Notes: generated by a model from the sequence alone, not told the origin. DNA of 64,000 nucleotides from Rhodospirillales bacterium (GCA_038143065.1 JAYQLI010000012.1:64001-128000); one strand, 5' to 3'; counted from the stretch's first letter, positions 34,509 to 45,892 are shown. Made by a program: numbers and translations.

Positions 34509-35173
34509 CCGATGTCATAATTCCAGTCAAAGATTTGTCACGAGCCAAAGGACGGTTGCAAAACATCTTGACCCCCGCCGAGCGTGCGGGTCTTGTTTTG
34601 GCAATGTTACACGATCTGCTAACGACGCTTAATCAGTGTGCTTTGGGAGATATCTGGCTTGTCGCATGTGATGAAGCTGTGTTTGATCTCGGGGCAGAAT
34701 TCGGGGTCCATGATATCCGTGAACACGTTTCAAAGGGTTACAATCACGGCGTTTCTGCGGGATTGCAGTCCGTTAACGCAAAGAATTCAGTTGTTATTCT
34801 TCCCGCTGATCTGCCATTGGCAAAGCCCCACGACATTGCGCAGTTGATTCAAGCAGGAGCTGGTATCAATCCAACGGTTGCGATTGTGCCTGATCGTCAC
34901 AATCGTGGGACAAATGGGTTGTTTCTATCTGCTCCTGATTTGATCACACCTGACTTCGGTGAAAGCAGTCTTTTCAATCACAAGGTTGCCGCCGCACAAC
35001 TCAGTATTTCCGCACATGTCGTTCCTATCGAAGCAATGGCGATGGATATTGATAGCCCAGAGGATCTTTTTGCGGTGGCTCAATCGACGACATCCAATTC
35101 CACTACGAATTTTCTGGCATCCATTGCGTTTGGACAAGATGCGTGGACTTCACATAAATGGGAGGTCGCATGA
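34505..35173 (+). CDS. cofC: 2-phospho-L-lactate/PEP guanylyltransferase
   Basis: IIPVK....AKGRL, PADLPL, PDRHNRGTNGL, DIDSPEDL. Confidence 0.93.
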   Translation: MTDVIIPVKDLSRAKGRLQNILTPAERAGLVLAMLHDLLTTLNQCALGDIWLVACDEAVFDLGAEFGVHDIREHVSKGYNHGVSAGLQSVNAKNSVVILPADLPLAKPHDIAQLIQAGAGINPTVAIVPDRHNRGTNGLFLSAPDLITPDFGESSLFNHKVAAAQLSISAHVVPIEAMAMDIDSPEDLFAVAQSTTSNSTTNFLASIAFGQDAWTSHKWEVA

Positions 35174-37512
35174 CCTACGCTTCAAGCCAATCCACACTGC
35201 CCCATTACGTATCCGCTGACGAGGCAAAAGTATTTCTGAATAGGCCGATCGATACTCTGATGGCATGTGCAACCCAAATACGAGACGAGGGGCATGGGCG
35301 GCTGGTCAGCTATTCGCGCAAAGTGTTCATTCCTTTGACCAAATTGTGCCGTGATGTTTGTCATTATTGCACTTTTGCCAAAACGCCCAAAAAGATTGAT
35401 GCGCCATTTCTAAGCCCTGAACAAGTGCTTGAGATCGCGCGCGCTGGTCAGGTTGCTGGATGTAAAGAAGCCTTGTTCACGCTCGGCGACAAACCGGAAC
35501 TGCGATATTCCGTTGCGCTTGAAGCTTTGGCGGAAATGGGCTATGAAACCGACGCTGGATTACCTGCATGCAATGGCGGAATTGGTGATCAACGAAACCG
35601 GTCTTTTGCCCCATCTTAATCCCGGCGTGATGACCCGCAATGAACTGGCGAAGTTGCGCGAAGTTTCAGTTTCTATGGGAATTATGCTGGAGTCGACCTC
35701 GTTGCGGTTAATGGAGCAGGGAGGGTGCCACTTTGGCTCACCTGACAAAGATCCTGCTGTTCGATTGAAACGATCCGTAATGCGGGCGAACTGAAAATCC
35801 CGTTCACCAGCGGCATTTTGATTGGAATCGGAGAAACGCGTGCGGATAGAATTGAAAGCCTTCTGGCCTTGCGCGATTTGCACCAAGAATTTGGCCACAT
35901 TCAGGAAATAATTATCCAGAATTTCCGCGCCAAGCCAAATACGAAAATGGCCGATGTGCCCGAACCTGATTTGACTGACTTGCAGTGGACCATCGCGATT
36001 GCGCGGGTTATTTTTGGGGCTGAGATGTCAATACAAGCGCCCCCAAATTTGTCTGATGGTGGTGCAGGGTTGATCGCTGCGGGGATAAACGATTGGGGTG
36101 GTGTTTCACCTGTTACGCCGGATCATGTGAACCCAGAGGCCCCTTGGCCTCTTTTGGATCAACTTGCTGATGATACCGCAGGTTGTGGAAAGATATTGGT
36201 AGAACGGTTGGGGATTTACCCGAACTATGCGCATCAAAATACGGTTTGGCTGGATAAAAAGCTGCGTAAACCAGTGCTTGATCTGATTGATGCCGATGGA
36301 TTGGCACGCACGGACAGTTGGGTTCCAGGTGATGCATCCCAAGATTTACCCAAGCTGCCGAAATCGCCTGCGGTCATTCCAGACATGGGTCTGTCACGCG
36401 TTTTGGTGAAGGCAAATAAGGGTGAGAACCTGTCCGAAGCAGATATCTGCCGCCTTTTGACCGCACGGGATTGCGAAGTTCATGAGGTCATGCAAGCCGC
36501 AGATGACGTTCGCAAACGGGTGAGTGGCGAAACGGTGAGTTATGTTGTAACACGCAACATCAACTATACCAATATCTGTTATTTTAAATGCAAATTCTGC
36601 GCCTTTTCCAAAGGCAAGATGAGCGATAACCTGCGCGGTCGCCCCTACAATTTGGGCGCTGATGTTGTGGTTGAGCGTGCGCGCGAAGCATGGGATCGCG
36701 GCGCGGTTGAGGTTTGTTTACAGGGCGGTATTCATCCCGAATATACAGGCCAAACCTATCTTGATATTCTGAGTGCAATCAAATCTGAGCTGCCTGATAT
36801 GCACGTCCATGCGTTTTCCCCGCTAGAGGTGCACCAAGGGGCCGCTACGTTGGGTGTTTCAGTCTATGATTTTATTGGGCAGTTAATTGACGAAGGATTG
36901 GGCAGCTTGCCTGGCACTGCGGCAGAAATTTTGGACGATGAAGTGCGACGTGATTTGTGCCACGACAAGATCAATACAGCCGAATGGTTCGAAGTGGTGA
37001 ACGCGGCACATAAACAGGGGCTAAAAACTACTGCAACAATCATGTTTGGCCATATTGACCGACCCGTGCATTGGGCGCGGCATATGCTGCGTCTGCGGGA
37101 TCAACAGACTAAAACTGGTGGATTTACCGAATTAGTACCCTTGCCGTTTGTTCATATGGAATCACCGATTTACTTGAAGGGTGGGTCGCGTAAAGGGCCA
37201 ACTTGGCGGGAATCCGTGTTGGTTCATTCCGTTGCGCGTTTGGCGTTGAACCCGCTGATCCCAAACATTCAGGCCTCTTGGGTCAAGCTCGGCCCGGAGG
37301 GCGTCGCGGCTTGTTTGTCCGCCGGAGTGAACGACATTGGCGGCACTTTGATGGATGAGACCATCACACGCTCTGCTGGGGCGGCGCATGGGCAGGAAAT
37401 GACACCTTCCGCGATGGAAGAGTTGTTGTTGCGCCAAGGCCGCCCATCGCGGCAACGCACGACACTATATCAAGATGCGGCAAAGGATCGGCGTTTAGCT
37501 TCATTTGCTTAG
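35170..37512 (+). CDS. fbiC: Fused FO synthase CofG-CofH (two frameshifts in the CofG half)
   Basis: [21 protein letters not shown] and [17 protein letters not shown] radical-SAM motifs; the CofG C-terminus and CofH share one ORF (35818-37512). Confidence 0.93.
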
Positions 37513-37537
37513 CCTTTGCAGTTCTATGGTTGGATTG

Positions 37538-38851
37538 TTAGCCGACCTGATTAGGCAGCCACGTGGCAATAGCTGGAAAAGCGACAATCAGCGCTATACC
37601 CAACAAGAACAGCGCGACAAACGGCCAGGTTGCGCGGTAAACTTGACTGATGCTCATGTCTGGCACGACGGCCTTGAACGCGAACAACGTATATCCGAAT
37701 GGCGGAGTGATCGCGCCAAGGGTAATGTTGACGAGGAACAGCAGCCAGAACCAAACTGGATCAAACTCCAGCGCAGTGACGACGGGTTGGTAGATCGGGA
37801 TCGTCAGTAAGATCACTGCGATCGTGTCGATGAACATACACAGAATAAACGGGACCGCTAGCATGACAAGCAACATCGCAATCGGAGAGTATCCAAGATT
37901 GGCAACTAGATTAACCAGTTCACCGGTCGCGCCGGTGAAAGCGAGCAGCTGTGTGAACATCTTAGACATCGCCATAATGGCTAAGATCATTGCAGAAACT
38001 TTTATCGCGGCCATTAGCGAGTCCAAGATCATCTGTAATGAAAGCTTCCGGTAGATAGCTGCGGTTAACAACGATCCAACTACGCCGGTTGCGGCCGATT
38101 CAGATGGAGTTGCGATACCCAACATAATAAAGCCCATAACCGAAAAGATCACGATCAAGAAGGGCATGGTGCGGACAATAGCTATGAGTTTCTCCATCGG
38201 TGTGACTTCGGCCCGCTCGCCTGCAACATTGCCCGGAGCAAGTGAGGGGTTCATGCCGATCCGTACAAAGACGTAAACCAAGAAAATCCCACCGATAAAG
38301 AGACCAGGGATAACACCTGCAATCAGCAGTTTTGCAATCGACACGTCAGCTATAGAGCCAACAATAATCGCCAGTAGACTAGGTGGGATAATCGGAGCAA
38401 GGCTCGCACCGCCGATAATCAGGCCCGCCGCGATACTACGATCGTAACCGCGATCGTGCATCCCCGGCATAATGGCCCGCCCAAGCATCGCAGCCACGGC
38501 CATGGCAACACCGGAGAGCGCGCCAAAGACAGCGGATAAGACGACGACCAGAACGTATTGGCGGCCCCGTACTTTGCCCACCAGTTTGTCAATTGAATCG
38601 AACAAAACGTCCATTGTTCCAGATCGAAACAGCAATTCACCCATTAGGATGAACAAGGGTATTGAGGCCAAAGAAGTAGTTGTGGCCGTGTCGAGCACCG
38701 AATTTGCAAACAATGGAAATCCGGCGGGGCCAATGACGAAATACACGCCCAGCAAAATCGCTGCCAGAAAGGCAAGAAAGATTGGAGCGCCCGACAAAAA
38801 CAAAACGAAGAGGATCGCCATCCCCAAAATAAGCGTTGTGTACCATTCCAT
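37538..38851 (-). CDS. dctM: TRAP transporter large permease
   Basis: SIPLFILMG, LAPIIPPS, GIATPSESAA, ITPPFG. Confidence 0.95.
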   Translation of the reverse strand: MEWYTTLILGMAILFVLFLSGAPIFLAFLAAILLGVYFVIGPAGFPLFANSVLDTATTTSLASIPLFILMGELLFRSGTMDVLFDSIDKLVGKVRGRQYVLVVVLSAVFGALSGVAMAVAAMLGRAIMPGMHDRGYDRSIAAGLIIGGASLAPIIPPSLLAIIVGSIADVSIAKLLIAGVIPGLFIGGIFLVYVFVRIGMNPSLAPGNVAGERAEVTPMEKLIAIVRTMPFLIVIFSVMGFIMLGIATPSESAATGVVGSLLTAAIYRKLSLQMILDSLMAAIKVSAMILAIMAMSKMFTQLLAFTGATGELVNLVANLGYSPIAMLLVMLAVPFILCMFIDTIAVILLTIPIYQPVVTALEFDPVWFWLLFLVNITLGAITPPFGYTLFAFKAVVPDMSISQVYRATWPFVALFLLGIALIVAFPAIATWLPNQVG

Positions 38852-39372
38852 TAATCTGCTTGCTCGCTTGCATCAACACCGCTAATGCGGTGTTTAGGGG
38901 ATAAATAAAGCAGCAGGTAAATTGCGCTTAAACCTAGCCCGAAAGTGATAAATGAAGACACCCACCATTGCGGAATTGGCACAATGGCAAGGGTATGAAT
39001 CCCACGGGTGAATTGCCGGATGTTTTCCTGCAAACTAACCCAAGCAGCGAAAGAGAGGCATAAGAAACCTAAGATGCTGATGATGACATGCAAAATGTTG
39101 GCGATGGGTTTTGGAGCGATGTCGACCAAAATCGTAACGGCAACATGGGCTTTATCTTTGGTGACGTGGGGCAGCGCAAGAAATGCTGATGCGCAAAGGG
39201 CATATGCCACAAAATCGCTGGCCCATGCTGTTGGTGATTGAAAAACATACCGCGAAACGACTTCGTAGATGTAGGAACAGACAATCATGGCAAGACCGGT
39301 TGCAGCGAGGACTGATGCCGCCAGCGTCAGGAAGTCAACCACCTTTTTAACATTTGTGACAATCACGGTCAT
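38851..39372 (-). CDS. dctQ: TRAP transporter small permease
   Basis: Four TM segments, YEVVSRYVF, HVAV; lies between dctP and dctM. Confidence 0.92.
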   Translation of the reverse strand: MTVIVTNVKKVVDFLTLAASVLAATGLAMIVCSYIYEVVSRYVFQSPTAWASDFVAYALCASAFLALPHVTKDKAHVAVTILVDIAPKPIANILHVIISILGFLCLSFAAWVSLQENIRQFTRGIHTLAIVPIPQWWVSSFITFGLGLSAIYLLLYLSPKHRISGVDASEQAD

Positions 39373-39408
39373 TTGGAGCCCTATTTACGTTTGTTTTTGA
39401 CTAAAAAC

Positions 39409-39443
39409 AAAAAAGTGCCCGGCCCCTATCAGGAACCAGGCAC
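39409..39443 (-). terminator. Hairpin plus T-run after dctP
   Basis: - strand GTGCCTGGTTCCT-GAT-AGGGGCCGGGCAC-TTTTTT. Confidence 0.7.
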
Positions 39444-39457
39444 AAGATCACTATAAT

Positions 39458-40432
39458 TTACATGCCTTTTGAAGCAACAAAGTCCCGGAAGGCTTCGCCT
39501 GTTGCGCCTGATGCTTCAACGGCCACTTCCATTGCACGATCTGCGAACAATGCATTTGCTTCTTCCAGTGTGTACCCAATGGAAGTTTTCTTTGCACCAG
39601 CCGCCATCATCGCTGCGTTTTCTTGTTCCAGAAGCGCATTGAAGATATCGATCGAGTTTTGTTCCAGCTTGTGACCCGCTTCGAGCATTGCTGTCTGCTG
39701 GGCTTCATTCAAGCTGTTCCATTTGTCTAAGTTCATCATGATCAAATAGGAAACTGTGCCAAACGCTGGCTCTGCCAGATAAGGTGTAACTTCGTGGAAT
39801 TTATAGCCTACAGCGCCAACAGAAGGCCACACCAGCCCGTCAATTACGCCTTTTTCAGCAGCTGAGTAAAGTTCGCCAAACGGGATAACAACCGCAGTAC
39901 CACCCAAAGATCCAACAATTTTATTGTAGGATGGCAGGGCACGAATTTTTGTACCGTTAAGTTTATTGGTTTCATCCATTGGCTCTTTTAGGAAGAAACG
40001 GAACCCGGTTGTTGCTGTTGGAATTGACAGAACTTTCAGGTTTTGCGTTTCCTGGTAGTGCGCATCCACCCAATCCCAAATACCAGACGTACGGCGTTTT
40101 TCGATGTCACCGTTTACGGCGTCAATCGCAGCACCGACGCCTGTGTCACCAGTGTGGTACAAGCCGTGCGTGTAGATGATGTCAAAGACACCAGCCGAAA
40201 CTGGTTGAATTTGTTTACCACCTGGCACAACTTCTGGTCCGCTTGGCGTAATATTGATGTCGCCGCCAGAGATTTCTTTGACTAGATCAATGTAACCGTA
40301 AGCCATATTGGCTGTGCCAGAGTGATTGCCACCCCAAGCTGTCAACATTTTCATGTCTTCAGCAAAACTTGCTGACGCGGACAAAGCTAAGCCCAAGGTG
40401 GCCGCAACCAGTGATTTTGATATATTGTTCAT
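39458..40432 (-). CDS. dctP: TRAP substrate-binding protein
   Basis: Signal peptide, GTKIRA, LGG...IPFGELYSAAEKGVIDG. Confidence 0.93.
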   Translation of the reverse strand: MNNISKSLVAATLGLALSASASFAEDMKMLTAWGGNHSGTANMAYGYIDLVKEISGGDINITPSGPEVVPGGKQIQPVSAGVFDIIYTHGLYHTGDTGVGAAIDAVNGDIEKRRTSGIWDWVDAHYQETQNLKVLSIPTATTGFRFFLKEPMDETNKLNGTKIRALPSYNKIVGSLGGTAVVIPFGELYSAAEKGVIDGLVWPSVGAVGYKFHEVTPYLAEPAFGTVSYLIMMNLDKWNSLNEAQQTAMLEAGHKLEQNSIDIFNALLEQENAAMMAAGAKKTSIGYTLEEANALFADRAMEVAVEASGATGEAFRDFVASKGM

Positions 40433-40801
40433 TTAGCAGTCTCCCATTTTTTCTATCGCCGAACCGAGGGGTCTACCCTCTGAAACAAGTGACTTCAGCG
40501 GTGTTGGTGTTCAAATTATGTAGTATACGTCTTATTATGTCGAATCATATTTTTAAACCTAATTAAACTACTGTAATGATGTGTTTTTTTTGGATGCAGA
40601 AGTAAGTTCCGTAGCAAAAACGGCAAATTCCTAGTACGAAACATGTAAATTTTATTGATGACAAGACGCCGGTAAGCCTACAGATAAAGCAATAGGAAAA
40701 TGCCAGATCGTAACGCCTAAATTGACGCGGATTTTGTTATTAAGTTGTTAGTAGGGGTTACGGTTTTTGTAGACTTTTGAGTCATATGGCTGATAACTAA
40801 C

Positions 40802-40813
40802 GTAGTGTACTAC
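40802..40813. promoter_or_regulatory. Second copy of the GTAGT-N2-ACTAC operator
   Basis: GTAGTGTACTAC is the exact reverse complement of 25275-25286. Confidence 0.7.
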
Positions 40814-40853
40814 GTGTTTAATGTTGACGCCAAATTTGGATTGGAAATGCACT

Positions 40854-41528
40854 ATGAGTGATGAATTTAAAATACTGTCTGGCATCATGGACAGCCGTTA
40901 TAGCTGCCGAGCATATCTTGATAGAGAGGTGAGTGATGCCGACATCAACCAAATTGTCAAAACCGCATCAAAGGTTCCGACGTGGTGCAATGCTCAGCCA
41001 TGGAAAATTTTGGTTACCAAAGGTGATGAAACAAAATCTTTTGCAAAAACGATGGTAGACGCCGCCAACGCTGGCCCAATGGAACCCGATTTTGATTGGC
41101 CCAAGCAATATACGGGTGATTATCAAGATCGCAGACGTGTGTGCGGGTATCAGCTGTATGAATCCTTGGGTATTGCGCGAGATGATCGGGAAAAGCGCGC
41201 AGAACAAATGATGCAAAATTTCAAATTTTTTGGTGCTCCACATGTTGCGATTGTAACAACAGAAGCTGATCTAGGCCACTATGGTGCAATGGATTGTGGT
41301 GGGTTCATAGCATTGTTCACATTGGCCGCCCGCGCGTTAGGGGTAGCATCAGTTGTTCAAGCTTCTGTAACGGGTTATGCACCAATCATTCGCAGTCATT
41401 TTGGAATTTCAGAAAACAGGCTTATTCAAACAGCAATTTCATTTGGATATGAAAACAAAGACCATCCCGCTAACAGTTTTCGCACACAGCGAGCAATAAT
41501 CGAAGATGTTTTGAACATTGTCTCTTAA
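40854..41528 (+). CDS. Nitroreductase family protein
   Basis: RYSCRAY, PTWCNAQPW, FFGAPH, DCGGF, AISFGY. Confidence 0.93.
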   Translation: MSDEFKILSGIMDSRYSCRAYLDREVSDADINQIVKTASKVPTWCNAQPWKILVTKGDETKSFAKTMVDAANAGPMEPDFDWPKQYTGDYQDRRRVCGYQLYESLGIARDDREKRAEQMMQNFKFFGAPHVAIVTTEADLGHYGAMDCGGFIALFTLAARALGVASVVQASVTGYAPIIRSHFGISENRLIQTAISFGYENKDHPANSFRTQRAIIEDVLNIVS

Positions 41529-41542
41529 TGAAATGAGCTAAT

Positions 41543-41585
41543 GCACACGGACTCGAACTCCCTGACCCACTGATTACAAATCAGT
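41543..41585 (-). mobile_element. Degenerate tRNA-Thr(TGT) 3' fragment, att remnant
   Basis: - strand ACTGAT-TTGTA-ATCAGT anticodon arm, GGGTC, GTTCGAGTCC T-loop; no 5' half and no CCA. Confidence 0.65.
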
Positions 41586-44500
41586 GCTTCTGTTTCTTTG
41601 TTATTCATCTGCCTAATTCCATTCTAACTATGCCTCTCTAAAGAAAGCACAATACCATTGTTGTTTTGATCTTTGCCTCGCGATCATCAAATTCACGCTG
41701 AGACAAAGCGATTATGTCTGCTACTCGCTCTTTAGATAGCGATACGGGCGCTGTTTCATTCATCAGCTATAGCCTCCTTGATTGCTCGAAAATTTATCCA
41801 GAGTGATGCCTTATCGCTTAGCTTGTGCGCGAGGCTTGGCCGGTGGATGAAAATTGGAACATATTCATCCAAATCTTTGCGAAGTAACAAAACGCCTTCA
41901 ATATCATCGCGATATTGCCAAGCATGCAGAATGTGATCTTTTGCTGAGCTATTAAGGCGCATCCACGTCGTAGCTGGGCCAGTTCTCCATTCAGCTGGCA
42001 AACATCAAATAGAGCGTCAGCCAAATCGATAGAAAGCTCAGCATAGCAGTTCCGCATGCGCTGACGGTTGATTTGTGCGCTGCGCTTGGCCGTTTGCAGT
42101 ATTTGATCTGGGGGTTAAGAACATTAGAAAACCCTTGAGTTTTGCGCGTAAAAATGTCCGATAAATCTATCGGTATGGAATTTTACGCAGCCGTCATCAG
42201 CAAAAGCAAACTCCTTCCAGCCCGTGACTACTGTAGAGAATTCTTTATCTAAATCAGATTGTTGCGGGAACGCAGATAATCAACTTATCGGTAACCAGCT
42301 CAAATCATCTAATACGGCGCGCAGAACCTCTAAGTTGATCCGCTTAACAAGATTGACCAACAGCCATCGGAAAGCCGTAAGCTTTTAACTCACCTAATTA
42401 CGAGCCAACGTCAATACTTTGATCAAACCATAGCGATTTGAGCCTGGATGATCCGTTTTGCCTCTATTGGCAGGTGATAACGCGCAACTTCATTAAGAAA
42501 TATGCGTGGATCTGGGTAATGCAGCGGCCATTGCCAGCTCCTTTGAAGAATATATCATATGTGCCTCAATATTGATGCTTAATATATTGAAAATATATCA
42601 CATTTAGTGATTTTAGGTAATAGCGCTATTGGGCAAATATGAGTGCTCCCCTTGTTGAAAGTCGCAGTCTGCCTGGAAAAAGGGTGAGAACGCTACAAGC
42701 ATAGCGTGACTAGAGTACCTTTTGTTCTGAACTGTAACCTGATCTGAAAATCTGAATGGCCAGATTGTTGGCGACTGAACGTACCCGCAAGACAGGGATT
42801 GTCAGAAGGACCTGTAGTGGTAGGTTCATGCAAAGATTTAATCATGGAGGAAAACTTAAGTTAATGGCTTTCGAAAAATGGTTCTGGAGTTCTTATCCTA
42901 TATTGGCTTTTTGACCGGGAGAGTAGAAAACCTCTCGATGATCACGAAAAAGCTTGCCAATAGAGATTTGGGAAAGCGCGGGCGATAGTGGGCCATCTGA
43001 TAAAGTGCTCCTTCCTTATGCATCAAAATTTGAACGCTGCTAGATCGCAAAGATCAACGAGGAACACAGAAGTTTTGATCATGCTTCTGGTAATTGCTTT
43101 CTTGGTTGATGCAGCGGGGGTCGCTTACTGGCAACGCTAGGTTCTCCCAACCGCAATCCATCGCGGGTACGCCGGATGCTAGACACCTGCCTAGCGGTTT
43201 AGCTTTTGCTAGGGGGTTTAGCGCAGTTTTGATGCTGTCCCAGAACAAATGGTGTCACCGTTGTCACTGCAGACGCAACGTGTTCAGAGGCAAAGTCGAA
43301 GCCAACATTAAAAAGATGGGAGAAGACATCTTTATATTGGCGCGCAAGATGAGATATTGGTGACAAAACTCACGAGTTCTGCCCTTCCCAGCGACTGCAT
43401 CAAGGCGACAGAACCATGCGCGCGGCTTATTGATCAGCACGCCAGCAAATTTATATGCACTTGAGCATTAACAAGCATGAAGGAGGTTTGTTTGGGTTCT
43501 TATCTTCGCTTACCCGCACCCAAACACAGCGCAGCCAATTGCTCAAACAGAGCGCGCGTCACGGTGATCCAGCGTTTGAGCTTACGTGTGCTTCTGCTCA
43601 AGTTTAGATAGGTGAGAACATCAAGCTTTTTAGATAAAATAAATCCCGCAATATCGGTCAGCGTGTCGTGATTATCCGCAACGCTCACCAATGCCTCCAT
43701 AAAGTGCCATGTCATTTGGCAGTTTATAATCAAACAAAAGGTGTCTGATTGCTTGAACGTATCCAGATCACATCAGACAGAACGTATTTGAACATTCTTA
43801 ATGCAGTACCAAAGGCAGAGCCGAACAAATAGTCCGTCATATTTAGGAAACCAACGTACGCCAACTTTCCATTAAATGTTTCAACAGACAATAACTGATG
43901 ATTTTTCGCAATCATTGAACTCGCTGCGCGGTATTCTTGAGCATCAGGGGAAAAGATCACCCATGACTGCCATCTATTACTTTTTTCGGAAATCTCTTGA
44001 AAGATCCCTAATAAGAACTTCATAGCTGCTCACTGACCGGTGGGATGGGTTCATCCCTTCCAAACAGAAGGCGCCAAAAAGACAGGCGTCATCCTTGCAA
44101 TAAGCCGTCCTCTGGCAGGCTATCTGCTATCTTTCGGCGGATCTTGGAATGCCACCAATTAAACAAAGGGAAGCATGCGGCAATATTGTCTTCGCCCGAA
44201 ATCTTCCACCGGATATGAACCGCCATTGTAGCAACGCAACCAAAACGCCCTATCAGCGCCACTGCCTTTGCCACCACCATATTTATCAAGGCGACCAAAC
44301 AATCCAGAAAGCTCATCGTGGCTACGCCCAATCCCTCGAGGCATTATCATGCATGACATTCTGCATCGTAGGGATGTGGCATCATCCACGCGCTTACGTT
44401 TGCAGATCATTTTCGTCGCGATCTTCCTCTTTCTGCTCCTGCCACGCCTTAAGCTCTTTTAAGTATTCTTGATAAATCGGCATCGATTTTCTTAACGGCT

Positions 44501-45189
44501 TTTCGGCTGCATTTGGAATAGGCGATTTCTTTGCACTGGGCGGCCCGATTTTGACCGTAAAGCCTAGCGCACCAAGCTCCAATAATCGTGACACTTCACC
44601 TTTAGCTGTAACTGGTCTGGGCTCATGCTGCACAGACAGTTAGCGCATCCATTGCTAGCCCCGCTGGATCGCAGCCCATTGTGGAGCCTAAAGCAAAAGC
44701 AAACTCATATTCACAGGCGGTAAAAGCCCGCGAGGAATGCAGGGTATTAGCTAAATTACCCCATAGATCAAACTGGCTTATACTTTTGCCTGTCTGTAGT
44801 CTCCACAGCCGCTTTAGGGCAACATTACGCCTCTTAGCACGAATTTATCAAGTGTATTTCCAACCCGCTGCTTTAATGCGCGTTGCCCATCAGGTGACGT
44901 CCAGCGATCATCGCCGGCTGTATTATCTAAGAATGTTGGGAAGCATTCATCAAACAGCTGATCGACACGAGGCCATCAATCATGATTTTGCAGCCAGTTT
45001 GCCAGAGTCTCTAACAATGCTGCGCCAATATATTTCACGGCCATCTATTACCTTGCCATCATCGTCGTCTGAAAGACCAATTTAAAGAGACCCCGGTCAA
45101 TCTTAGAGCTTAGCATTGTGTCCATTCGGGATGCGGCTTTAAGTTAGGGAGGCTAAACTATGCATTCACAGGCGGGCTTTCAGATAGTT

Positions 45190-45832
45190 TCATTGGGCAA
45201 TTTGTTCTTCAGCGTAGCCTTTTGCCTTCTTGCTCAATGACGGGTAACTATCTGTCCCAGCCAACCTGAAAAGGTGTGTTCCCGTATCAATGCTGTTTGC
45301 ATCGCCGCAGATGGCAGCATTTAAGATAGGTGCAGCCTCTCGGATGGTTTCAATGTCATCCGTCACCTGATCAAGCTCAAACCAAACTTGCACTCTGGGT
45401 TCTGGCTTGCTGCCCGTCAAAACACCTAAGCGATAATTCAAGCCAAGCGCTTTGACTGCATCGCGGCTACGCTCCCACTTTTCGTCAACATCAGCCACCA
45501 AAAACTTAGAAGGCGAAAAAGTGTGAAGAATATGGATCGGCCCCGGCATTCCCTTAAAGCACTGGCTGGAAACAATGTAGATATTGCTGGATTGGTTTTT
45601 TATAACACAAAGTCTTTAGCCTGATCAATCTTATCGGGTGAGAAATTACACGTTTGCCATGGCGTGTTTGCATTTCTGTAAGCAATCTCAAAGCTGCCAT
45701 CTTCAATGGCTCTGAAATTGTCTGGATTAAAGACAGTTTCGCAGATGCAGGCGCATGTGTTTTCTGTTCATCAGCGAATTTCCTCTTTAGGCTTTGCCGC
45801 AGCAGAAAAATCGCGTATAGTCAGGGTGTCAT
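45190..45832 (-). CDS. RepB-like DNA primase (frameshifted)
   Basis: FLVADVD, VLTGSKPEPRVQVWFEL, GDANSID..HLFRLAGT. Confidence 0.7.
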
Positions 45833-45892
45833 AAGCTCCTTGGCCCGTCGCGCTTTTCCCTTCTGTGCGGCGGGTTTTTTATTTGGAGTTTT

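Noticed and set aside
27391-37512. Programmed frameshifting in hydantoinase B and fbiC
   Set aside because: Similar single-base shifts occur in many unrelated genes, often at homopolymers, so sequencing error is more parsimonious.
41543-41585. Functional tRNA genes here, at 2768 and at 17604
   Set aside because: Only 3' portions are present; the 5' acceptor strand and D-arm are missing.
42100-45100. Specific gene calls for the ORF fragments inside the satellite-like element
   Set aside because: Too fragmented to assign a family from the sequence alone.
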